Shown piece after piece: positions 7,908 through 16,493 of a DNA stretch of 52,010 nt. The notes beneath the pieces were generated by a model that was given only the letters and a program-made list of their open reading frames with translations, was not told the origin of the DNA and did no database searches. This DNA is from a virus (taxonomy: Duplodnaviria; Caudoviricetes): positions 1 to 52,010 of IMG/VR virus record IMGVR_UViG_3300021088_000016; one strand, 5' to 3'. Positions within the stretch are counted from its first letter, which is position 1; every line of letters begins with the position of its first letter. The position numbers and the translations under genes were made by a program.

Positions 7908-9310
7908 ATGATGAACCAGAGTTCACTTATGAATTTTACGGACGACGAGGCATTACGTCAGAGTGTTTTAGACATTATGGCTGCCAGACTAAAATTAATA
8001 GAGAAGGAAAACCTATCTCCGTTGGGTATAAGTATCCAAACGGGTCGGTTAAAGTTAGAGATTTAGAACAAAAGAACTTCTATTGGTTTGGTTCACCTAC
8101 CCCGGGGTTGTACGGCACAGATATCTTCGCCTCTGGGTCCAATAAATACTGTGTCGTAACAGAAGGAGAAGAGGATGCTCACACCCTTTGGCAAGTTCTT
8201 AAGGTTCCAGCTTGTAGTGTTCAATCTAGCGCTACTGCTCGTCGTGACTGTGTGGCTAGCTTCGATTGGCTATCTGGGTTCGATCGGGTCTACCTATGCT
8301 TCGACAATGATGGACCAGGCCGGGAAGCTCTTGCAAGTGTCGCGAGACTGTTCGACTTCAATAAAGTCTACGTGGTTCGACTCGCAAGAAAGGACGCGAA
8401 CGAACATCTCCAGCACGGAGAAGTAAACGAACTCCAGAACGTCTGGGCTAACGCCAAGCGTTACGTACCGGACAATATCATCTCCACGTTTACGGAGTTC
8501 GAAGATGCTCTGTCCAAGGACACGAGTAAGGGGGTCCCTTATCCATGGCCCACCTTGACTGAGATGACCGGAGGAATAAGGCAATACGAAACAGTCCTTG
8601 TCACCGCTCCTGAAGGTGTAGGTAAGACGGAGTGGATGAAGGCTGTTGAGTACAAACTCTTGAAGGAGACAGATGACAATGTCGGCGCGATCTACATTGA
8701 AGAACCTAAAGAGTGGCACCTCCGAAGCCTTGTCGGTATTGAAAAAGGAGCACCCGTTCATCTTCCAGACCAAGCCCTTCCGGTGGGTGAGCAAGTTGAT
8801 ACCCTCCGAAGCCTACTCAAAAGAGATGAGCGTCTTTTTCTGTACTCTCACTTTGGGTCAGTTGATCCTGACTCTCTCTTGGACACTATTAGGTTTCTGG
8901 TGTCTGCCTGTCTTTGCCGGTATATCCTGTTGGATCATATCACCATGGCTGTTACGGGCCTGGCCGGGGAAGACGAACGACGAGCACTAGACTACCTCAT
9001 GTCCCGGCTCGAGATGATGGTCAAAGAGCTGGGCTTTGCCCTCATAGTAGTGAGCCATGTCAATGACTTTGGACAGACACGTGGCAGCCGGGCTCCTGGA
9101 AAGTTGGCTGATATCCGTATTGATCTTGCCCGTGATGTTCTCAACCCTGATCCACTTATACAGTCCACTATTACCCAGACAATTAGCAAACCTTGTCGCT
9201 TCACTGGTAGGTCTGGTTTTGCTGGATCTATTACTTTTGACTCTCATCGTCGTAAGTTTACCGAACTAGCCAATGACAATGCAGAATGGAAAGGGGTTGC
9301 AAATGGTTGA
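7901..9310 (+). CDS. Primase (TOPRIM)-DnaB-like helicase, T7 gp4-like, lacking the ZBD
   Basis: TEGEED, FDNDGPG, KDANE, Walker A APEGVGKT, LLDHIT, VSHVN, RGS. Confidence 0.95.
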   Translation: MVDDEPEFTYEFYGRRGITSECFRHYGCQTKINREGKPISVGYKYPNGSVKVRDLEQKNFYWFGSPTPGLYGTDIFASGSNKYCVVTEGEEDAHTLWQVLKVPACSVQSSATARRDCVASFDWLSGFDRVYLCFDNDGPGREALASVARLFDFNKVYVVRLARKDANEHLQHGEVNELQNVWANAKRYVPDNIISTFTEFEDALSKDTSKGVPYPWPTLTEMTGGIRQYETVLVTAPEGVGKTEWMKAVEYKLLKETDDNVGAIYIEEPKEWHLRSLVGIEKGAPVHLPDQALPVGEQVDTLRSLLKRDERLFLYSHFGSVDPDSLLDTIRFLVSACLCRYILLDHITMAVTGLAGEDERRALDYLMSRLEMMVKELGFALIVVSHVNDFGQTRGSRAPGKLADIRIDLARDVLNPDPLIQSTITQTISKPCRFTGRSGFAGSITFDSHRRKFTELANDNAEWKGVANG

Positions 9311-9503
9311 TGTAGTGTTCATGTCTAATAAGCACCGCACCTTAATCATCGCCAAGACTCCTTTGGCTAAGCTCAAGTTCACGGAGTACCAAGACGTCTA
9401 TAAGAACTCCGCAGGTGACTCCTTCATCATGCGGAGTAACGAGACTGCCCGGGAACTCAAACAAGACTTTATAACCTTGGGTTATATCATTGAGGATAAG
9501 TGA
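9303..9503 (+). CDS. Hypothetical protein
   Basis: ATG overlapping the helicase end. Confidence 0.55.
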   Translation: MVDVVFMSNKHRTLIIAKTPLAKLKFTEYQDVYKNSAGDSFIMRSNETARELKQDFITLGYIIEDK

Positions 9504-10162
9504 TGTGTCTCTCCGAGTGGAAACTCAAGTTCTTTGATACGGGAGAGTGGCAAGTATTAGAGGAGAGACTCCGTGACCGCTTGGAACAAGGTATTGTGGA
9601 TAATCCTGACCGCGGAAATCTATTTGCTGCGCTTGATGCTATATCTCCTGAGAGTGTTAAAGTTGTTATCCTGGGGCAGGACCCGTATCCCACGCATCTA
9701 TTGGCGACTGGGATTGCATTTAGCATCCCGGTTGGGGAAACAAAGATGCCACCGACATTACTTAACATCTTTAAAGAATACTCCAACGACTTAGGGCTTC
9801 CGTTCCCCTCCTCCGGGAGCCTTCTACCGTGGTGTAAGCAGGGAGTTCTTCTCTGGAATGTAATACCTACATGCCAAGAGGGACTACCTGCTTCCCATAG
9901 GGATTGGTGGGAATGGTACTTCTTAACCCAGGAGATACTGGAGAAGGTCGATGCACAAGGAGCTGTTGTGGTTAGCCTTGGTAGCTTTGCTCGTACTTTT
10001 AGTGATGGCATTGAACCATCCCGAGTCCTCTCCCTCTCTCATCCTTCACCCTTGGCAGCACTCAAAGGTAATAGGCCGTTTCTAGGGTCACGGATGTTCT
10101 CCACTATCAATGTCATGCTCGTTAAGCAAGGCATGAAACCTATTGATTGGAGGCTCGAATGA
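9500..10162 (+). CDS. ung: Uracil-DNA glycosylase, family 1
   Basis: VVILGQDPY, GIAFS, PPTLLNIFKE, QGVLLWN and HPSPL motifs. Confidence 0.95.
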   Translation: MMCLSEWKLKFFDTGEWQVLEERLRDRLEQGIVDNPDRGNLFAALDAISPESVKVVILGQDPYPTHLLATGIAFSIPVGETKMPPTLLNIFKEYSNDLGLPFPSSGSLLPWCKQGVLLWNVIPTCQEGLPASHRDWWEWYFLTQEILEKVDAQGAVVVSLGSFARTFSDGIEPSRVLSLSHPSPLAALKGNRPFLGSRMFSTINVMLVKQGMKPIDWRLE

Positions 10163-10322
10163 ACCTCTTATCCAATCATTGGCTGAAGATGGAGATGGAA
10201 CGTGCATGGAGAGAAACTTCATGTTTATGTCCTAATCATTTAGTTCGTTGGAATCAAGAGGGATTAGGCTGGAGGTTTTCAAATTGGTTATTTTATATGC
10301 GCGGTACACGGAGGGTTTGGAA

Positions 10323-10604
10323 ATGAGTGAACCGAGATTAGCAGTTAATAACGACTTAGGGCCTGGTCCTCCTCATCGGACTAAGGATTGGGTAACTCCT
10401 TTATCCGTAGGAACTAGATTCCTGTGTATGGACAAAGTAACCAAAGGAATATTAGCCCTAGAGATATTAGCTCGTAGTCCGAAAGGGTATGTCTGTTTGA
10501 TTGATACTGGAGATGACAGCATCGTATGGCACGATCCAACTATGTTCTGTCATCAGAAGGACTTTTTAGATCTACTTGGAGAATACCATGGGAACTGTGA
10601 TTGA
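10323..10604 (+). CDS. Hypothetical protein
   Basis: Likely ATG start at 10323 within ORF 10248-10604; GGAGG upstream. Confidence 0.55.
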   Translation: MSEPRLAVNNDLGPGPPHRTKDWVTPLSVGTRFLCMDKVTKGILALEILARSPKGYVCLIDTGDDSIVWHDPTMFCHQKDFLDLLGEYHGNCD

Positions 10605-10896
10605 TTTTAATACCTTTAACACTTTGTCTCTACTGAGAAATTCTGTTAAATGGTTTAAGGAACACAATAAAGAGGGTATCTTTGACCCGGCTATTAAGGT
10701 TGAAGAAGGCGCTTACCAAGAGTATTTGAGAGCCGCCAGACAATGAGTATTCTCGCTCAAGAATTAAACGATAAAGTCATGGATTTAGTCCGGGATGGGC
10801 TGAGAGGGTTCTGCGACAACGAAATTCTACTAAGCTGTATGACTATCGCCGTAATTCGTAACATCAACGAAGCTGGGTACAAAATAGGAGTTAGTC

Positions 10897-11136
10897 ATGT
10901 TTAAAGATGTTAAGGTTGGGGACGTAGTCTGTAGAGAGTTCTGCGGCAGACAACTCATGAAGGTTACTGCCGTGGATGATGAACTCATTACCGCAGGGAT
11001 GGGTTGGCAGTTCAATCGTGAAGACGGTCACGAGTGGGACCCAGATGTTCCCTCCATTGGAAGTATGTCTCGCTTAGTTAAACTTACTGAAGAAGAGCAG
11101 AAGAAGGCCGACAAATGGTTAGCTGCATCCAAATAA
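10897..11136 (+). CDS. Hypothetical protein
   Basis: AGGAG SD; FKDVKVGDVV small beta-barrel-like start. Confidence 0.7.
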   Translation: MFKDVKVGDVVCREFCGRQLMKVTAVDDELITAGMGWQFNREDGHEWDPDVPSIGSMSRLVKLTEEEQKKADKWLAASK

Positions 11137-11142
11137 AGGAGG

Positions 11143-11814
11143 TTGGCTATGCTCCGGGGAATATGGGTAAGCATACTTCTTCTTGCAACAATCGGGGGGA
11201 CAGATGCACACACAAGATACAGCACTGATGTACATAGTAGCCCTAATAGCTGGGCTGACTGGGTTAGGGCTCCTGCAAAGCAGGCAACCGTTGAGCACCA
11301 CGGAGAGCGAAGCAGTCATCGAGTGCATAGGGGACGCACACGATCTGGACACACAACCGTTCCAGTACTTCCCTCAGGCTCGGGAGACTTGGTTACTGTC
11401 CCCACAGCCGCTGGCATTGCAATCACCGTTCAAAGAAAATTAGTACCCAACTTCCAAGGATTTGTTGACGACTTAGTGAAAATAGGGTATACGCCCAAAC
11501 ACATAGGGTGTTGGGCACCCGTTGGTACACACGTACGAAACTCTAATCACTACCATGGAGGTGCCTGTGACTTCGACCAAACAGGGTGGGGCCGAACTGC
11601 TCCTCAAATGTACCATATCGCTAGTTTGGCGAGCAAGTGGGGGCTTCGAGATGGTTGTTCATTCAGACGATCAGACTGTGGGCATGTCGATGATGGAACA
11701 AATATTGGTTGGAAGCATCCGAATAATCTTATTGCCCGATATGTTGATTATCAAACCACCCCCGTCCCCGTCGTCAGACGATACCCTGCAATAATTGATA
11801 ATTTTGAGGAATGA
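11143..11814 (+). CDS. Secreted M15-like (LAS family) metallopeptidase
   Basis: N-terminal signal-like IWVSILLLATIG; SNHYHGGACDF (SxHxxGxAxD) and DCGHVD zinc ligands; AGGAGG SD. Confidence 0.75.
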   Translation: MAMLRGIWVSILLLATIGGTDAHTRYSTDVHSSPNSWADWVRAPAKQATVEHHGERSSHRVHRGRTRSGHTTVPVLPSGSGDLVTVPTAAGIAITVQRKLVPNFQGFVDDLVKIGYTPKHIGCWAPVGTHVRNSNHYHGGACDFDQTGWGRTAPQMYHIASLASKWGLRDGCSFRRSDCGHVDDGTNIGWKHPNNLIARYVDYQTTPVPVVRRYPAIIDNFEE

Positions 11815-11891
11815 ATGATTATCTCCTGGCGGGACGCATGTGCCCGTAAAGCAATGATCTGTCTCGCTGGTCGCGCGGGAGACAGGGAGTT

Positions 11892-12143
11892 TTGAAGAGC
11901 CGCTTGCTTTGCATCGGCCCGTTGTCTAGAGATGTAAAGAAATATAAGTATCGGCTACCCAGGAGATATTCATTGTCGTATAAAACATTAAAGCGTAGAT
12001 TGCAAAGAAAGAAAAGAGCCGCCAATTTAAAGTGGTGGGCAGACTACCGCAGAGAAGAAGCGGATCGAGCATTTAAGGATTGGAAGTTAGTTAATGAACA
12101 TTTATTAGAGATTAATCGACTTGAAATGCGTAGTGGACATTGA
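11892..12143 (+). CDS. Basic hypothetical protein (start uncertain)
   Basis: ORF overlapping the DNA polymerase start. Confidence 0.45.
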   Translation: MKSRLLCIGPLSRDVKKYKYRLPRRYSLSYKTLKRRLQRKKRAANLKWWADYRREEADRAFKDWKLVNEHLLEINRLEMRSGH

Positions 12144-14076
12144 GACTGACAAACTATATGACCCGGAGCATATCTGGGTCATAGTCTGTAAAGATATTGA
12201 CACTAATGAACATCATATATTTAGAGAGGTAACAAAGAATAAACATGAAGCAGACAGATTTAAAGAGTTTACAAAGGACGTTGAACTTTGGATCGGCCAC
12301 AATTTTCTTGAGTTCGATCATCCTTGCATCGAGCATCTTCTTTCCATTAGCCTACTTAGCCCAACATGTGACAATGTTATTGACACACTGATTGTATCTA
12401 GATTAGTTAATTACAATCGGGAATGGGGCCACTCTCTAGCTCAGTTCGGTACAGAGTTAGGAGTTGAAAAGATATACTTCAGTGACTTCTCCGCCTACTC
12501 GAAAGAGATGGAGGTGTACTGTGTCCGAGACGTCGACCTCACCCACTTGGTATATAATAGCTTCGCTAGCGTTATCAACGATGTGGCTTGGCGTCCAAGT
12601 ATTAATCTCGAACAGCAATTTCAACTCATTCTTAATGGGGTACATGAACGGGGTTTTGCTTTTAATTCTTCTGCTGCTAATAAGCTTCTGCTTGAAGTAA
12701 AGGGAGAGTTGGATGCATTGGATGCAGAAATTAAGGAAGTATTTCTCCCCAAGGCCAAACCACTACGAGAGGTACATCCAAGACTTACCAAATACGGTAC
12801 TCTTAATCGAAGTGATTTCCGGTTCGTGTCACATGGTGATCTATCGGAATACAACGGCGGTCCTTTTACCCGCATCGTTTACGAACCGTTTAATGCTGCG
12901 TCTCATAAGCAAGTTGTTGATGTCCTCTGTAGCGCAGGCTGGGCTCCCACAGAGAAAACAGACACGCACATCAAAGTCCTCCGAGAACTGGCCCAGTGTA
13001 AACGATCTAGAAGTCCGGAGAAAGAACTTGACATAGAGAAACTTTCTGTTAAACTAGGTACATTGAGTAAGTACGGATTTAAGGTCAACGAGAATAACTT
13101 AGCTACTTTACCCTCCTCTGCTCCTCCTCCTGCCCTCCTCCTTCATAAGAGGATCCTTCGTGAGTCCAGGCGTCGAACTCTTACCGAATGGCTTTCTCTC
13201 CTTTCCCCAGACGGTAGAGTCCATGGTGAATTCCAAGGTATCGGCGCTTGGACCCACAGGATGGCTCATCAGAAGCCTAACCTCGCAAACATCCCTAATG
13301 AGTTTGTAAACTCTACGGGGGCTGTGAAGTATCTAGGTAAGGAATTACGGTCTCTATGGACACATGGCGAGGGTCGTATCCTCTGGGGAGTAGACGCAGA
13401 CAGCATACAATTCCGTGTTGCTGCACATTACATCAACGACAAGAATTTAATTGAAAGAATTGTCAATGGACGAAAATCAGATAAGACCGACACACATTCC
13501 TTTAATAAGATCCTCCTTGGCCCCGTCTGTAAGTCCAGACAAGCTGCTAAGCAATTCCTCTTCTCTACATTCCTTGGCGCAGGAATTGGTAAATTTGCTT
13601 CAATTCTGGATGCCTCTGAAAGGCAAGCGGCAGAGGCTCTCGCTATCTTGCTTAGGGAATATCCTGGGATTGATTACATTAAGCGAAAAGTCGCTCCAAG
13701 TGACGCTAAGCAAGGATATTTTATCGGTCTCGACGGACGCAGAGTTCCAATTCCAGGAGATACCGTGGACGAGCGAAAACACCTCGCTCCCTCCGGGTAC
13801 CTCCAGTGTGGCGAAGCGGTCATTATCAAACTCGCAGCTACGCATTTCCGCCCACAACTCTCGGCCTTAGACAGTTTCTTAGTCGATATAGTTCATGATG
13901 AATACCAGGGTGAGTCTCCCAATAAAGAGATTGCTTTAGAGGTTTGTGAGATAGTCTCCCAATCAATCAAATGGGCGGGAGAAGAGCTTAAACTAAACTG
14001 TCCTATGGCAGGGAGTTACTATGATGAAGACCATCAACGTCATACAATTGGTGAGAACTGGTATCAGACGCATTAG
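12121..14076 (+). CDS. Family A DNA polymerase with 3'-5' exonuclease (T7 gp5-like)
   Basis: VDIETD, GHNFLEFD, YCVRDV exonuclease motifs; THRMAHQKPNLAN; motif A GVDADSIQFR; motif B RQAAK; motif C VHDE. Confidence 0.97.
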   Translation: MKCVVDIETDKLYDPEHIWVIVCKDIDTNEHHIFREVTKNKHEADRFKEFTKDVELWIGHNFLEFDHPCIEHLLSISLLSPTCDNVIDTLIVSRLVNYNREWGHSLAQFGTELGVEKIYFSDFSAYSKEMEVYCVRDVDLTHLVYNSFASVINDVAWRPSINLEQQFQLILNGVHERGFAFNSSAANKLLLEVKGELDALDAEIKEVFLPKAKPLREVHPRLTKYGTLNRSDFRFVSHGDLSEYNGGPFTRIVYEPFNAASHKQVVDVLCSAGWAPTEKTDTHIKVLRELAQCKRSRSPEKELDIEKLSVKLGTLSKYGFKVNENNLATLPSSAPPPALLLHKRILRESRRRTLTEWLSLLSPDGRVHGEFQGIGAWTHRMAHQKPNLANIPNEFVNSTGAVKYLGKELRSLWTHGEGRILWGVDADSIQFRVAAHYINDKNLIERIVNGRKSDKTDTHSFNKILLGPVCKSRQAAKQFLFSTFLGAGIGKFASILDASERQAAEALAILLREYPGIDYIKRKVAPSDAKQGYFIGLDGRRVPIPGDTVDERKHLAPSGYLQCGEAVIIKLAATHFRPQLSALDSFLVDIVHDEYQGESPNKEIALEVCEIVSQSIKWAGEELKLNCPMAGSYYDEDHQRHTIGENWYQTH

Positions 14077-14347
14077 GGTTTGTTTTAGAGACCGTCACCC
14101 TACATATGCATCGGCAAACATGCTTGCGAACGATCTGTGGTTGAAGACCGGTAAAGTATATATCATCACGGAATGCCCTTATTGCGAGGGGTTCCACATT
14201 AGCAGAAGGAAGAATAAATGAGGATTGCAGACCAGTTGAGTGAGGACCTGTACATTTACGGGAATGCTTTCTATACGAAGATTGATGAACCTGATCTATT
14301 CATGATCGAACGTATTCCACCCATGGTAATTCTAGGAGGTTACTATT

Positions 14348-14515
14348 ATGGCTAAGTATGAAGTTGAGTTGAGTGGTTCTGTGGTGGTTGATGCACCCTC
14401 GGAGGTGGATGCGGAAGACCTCGCAATGAACCTAATCCATGGTGATATTTCCACCTGGGCAGAGACCAATGCCGATATTGAATTTAATGTGGATGACGTG
14501 AAGGAGATTGATTAA
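14348..14515 (+). CDS. Small acidic hypothetical protein, 55 aa
   Basis: Manual translation MAKYEVELSGSVVVDAPSEVDAE...; AGGAGG SD. Confidence 0.65.
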   Translation: MAKYEVELSGSVVVDAPSEVDAEDLAMNLIHGDISTWAETNADIEFNVDDVKEID

Positions 14516-14518
14516 TTT

Positions 14519-14995
14519 ATGCCGAGTGAGAAGATGACTTTTAAGGGGAAGGTCAAATGGTGTCGACCTGATCAGACGAACGAGTGGGGGAAATACTCCA
14601 CTCGTTTCTACCCCGATGCAGCTAGTTTAGAACCAATGAAAGCTCTTCCAATCAAGAATGAATGGAAGAAAGATGAAGATGGAGAATACACCAACATATC
14701 CTGCCCAGAGTCTCGTGAGTATCGTGGAAGAAAGATTATCAACAGGATCGTCATCACTGATAAAGACGATAAAGACTATTTCTCGGATGTAAATGGCTTT
14801 ATCGGAGATGGTTCCGATGTTGAGATCGGGGTTGATTTTTATGATCATCCCATCAAAGGTAGTGCACGGAGAGGCCATGCCATTAAGTGGACCTCGATGA
14901 AGGTATTAAATTTAGCTCCGGCTTATACTGCTTCTCAACCAGGTCTTCCTTTGCCTGATTGGGGTGAGAAGCCTTTGCCTGTTACTTACGCTTAA
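14519..14995 (+). CDS. Single-stranded DNA-binding protein (T7 gp2.5-like)
   Basis: GKVKWC, GKYS, IGDGSDVEI motifs; position after DNA polymerase. Confidence 0.7.
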   Translation: MPSEKMTFKGKVKWCRPDQTNEWGKYSTRFYPDAASLEPMKALPIKNEWKKDEDGEYTNISCPESREYRGRKIINRIVITDKDDKDYFSDVNGFIGDGSDVEIGVDFYDHPIKGSARRGHAIKWTSMKVLNLAPAYTASQPGLPLPDWGEKPLPVTYA

Positions 14996-15003
14996 TTTAA
15001 TTA

Positions 15004-15066
15004 GGCCCTTTGCTCAGTGTAGGAAAGCTGAAACGGCCTCCGAACGTTTGATTTGGGTAAAGGGCC
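15004..15066 (+). promoter_or_regulatory. Structured intergenic hairpin
   Basis: GGCCCTTTGCTCAG pairs with TTGGGTAAAGGGCC (with G-U pairs). Confidence 0.55.
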
Positions 15067-15096
15067 ACCTTACTTTAACCAAGAGGGACTGTCAGC

Positions 15097-15441
15097 ATGA
15101 TGAAAAAGCAGAAGTCCCATACAGGAGAGTTTATTATGGGCAGGAAGAATAGGTTCTCAAACACACTGGTAGCAGGTGCTGACGAGACTTTCTTCGTCAT
15201 CACCATGGACAATGGTAAGTCCAGTCCTGCCTTGAATGCCAAACAGGAGATCGTTGATTGGCTCGACGAACATTTCGTTAATACTGAGACCAATGTGTCT
15301 CAGATCACAGTCAAGAGAAAGAAGAGGAAGTCCGCTCTCCTGCGTGAGGCCGAGAGAAACTCGGAGATCGCAATCTTGGAGAAGCGTTTGGAGTTCCTCA
15401 AGGAACAGCCTTCTGTCGTCGATGGCAAGGGGGCTCTCTAA
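15097..15441 (+). CDS. Hypothetical protein
   Basis: ORF with AGGAG SD before MGRKNR. Confidence 0.7.
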   Translation: MMKKQKSHTGEFIMGRKNRFSNTLVAGADETFFVITMDNGKSSPALNAKQEIVDWLDEHFVNTETNVSQITVKRKKRKSALLREAERNSEIAILEKRLEFLKEQPSVVDGKGAL

Positions 15442-16479
15442 TCCGGCCGAGTACCTGCCTGGCTGTCTACCAGGCGTGAGGGAAAGCTGACTGCACTGGC
15501 CTGCTTGTGCGGAGAAAGTAAGGTGCACAACCAAAGCGGGATAGAAGGGACTATCGGAAATCTTGGCGACGCAACCGGCTTCTACAATGGAAAGTCCCAG
15601 CTGAGGGTGGCCGTCTCCTTAAGTGGTACTTACGGCGTATCAGCTATTGCTGGTCCAAACAGCGATCCAGGTAGAGCAGAGATGGAAGATTTGTCCGCCT
15701 CATTGACGATGCGCAATTCGATGAGGAAATAGCAAACAGCCCGTATGACGTCCGGTTCGACTCCGGTAACCCTTAAGTGGGTGGGTGTATCTCATACGAC
15801 GAGCCTTACAGACGGTATAGATTAAGGGCCTGGTGCCACGATACTGTCCATGTCTGGGGCTAATACCTCGATGACGAGGACAACGTATAACCTAAGTAGT
15901 GTCCCACTAAACAACCGGCGTACGGGTCCCCTGAGTGACCCTTGTGGGCACGTAAGTTCCGAAAGTACGGGTGCACAGTGGGTTCGACTCCCTACTCCGT
16001 GAGACGGAGACCGGCGGTGCATAGAAGGTAGTCAAGTGCGAGGCGCTATCCTTTGGGTAGCGGGCTTGGCATTACTAGTAGGAACGTGGGTTGACTGGCC
16101 AGTGTGAAAAGCTGGCATTGTGCGTCCATTCGCACTACGCCTAGATCTATCGTCTAGAGAAAGAAGAGGTGTTAAGTTGACTCTGTCAGCCACTGACATC
16201 CCGAGTGATAAAGAAGCCTACACAGGCGGCCTATAAGTCCGATGCTAATCCTTGAAGGGACAAGGAGCATACGTGGTCGGCACGGATCCTCGAAGATACA
16301 ATACGTTAACTCTGGTCCGTCTCGTTGAAGATGTTCAAGAGAATGGATTATCAGGGACGAAGCGCGTAACCCACACAAGAGGTGAACAACCATGTGCAGG
16401 AAACAACGCATCATTCGCCCCATCAGACCTCCTTAATGGAACCCCGGGGATGGGACCCCTCGTCACGCTACCAGATAAC
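15441..16479 (+). ncRNA. Candidate giant structured non-coding RNA (domain 1 15441-16287; domain 2 16305-16479)
   Basis: About 1 kb with no credible ORF in an otherwise tightly packed arm; closing helix ATCCGGCCGA/TCGGC(A)CGGAT; many nested helices; two GGTTCGACTCC T-loops. Confidence 0.7.
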
Positions 16480-16493
16480 AATGGAGAGAAACC

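Noticed and set aside
15585-15600. RNase P RNA (GGAAAGTCC)
   Set aside because: The complementary P4 3' signature was not found
15960-16010. tRNA or tmRNA gene
   Set aside because: T-arm only; no acceptor stem or CCA and no tag reading frame seen
15441-16479. Group II or group I intron
   Set aside because: GTGCG at about 15507 and AGCCCGTATG at about 15738 are suggestive, but I found no proper domain V hairpin, no P7 core and no interrupted gene flanking the region
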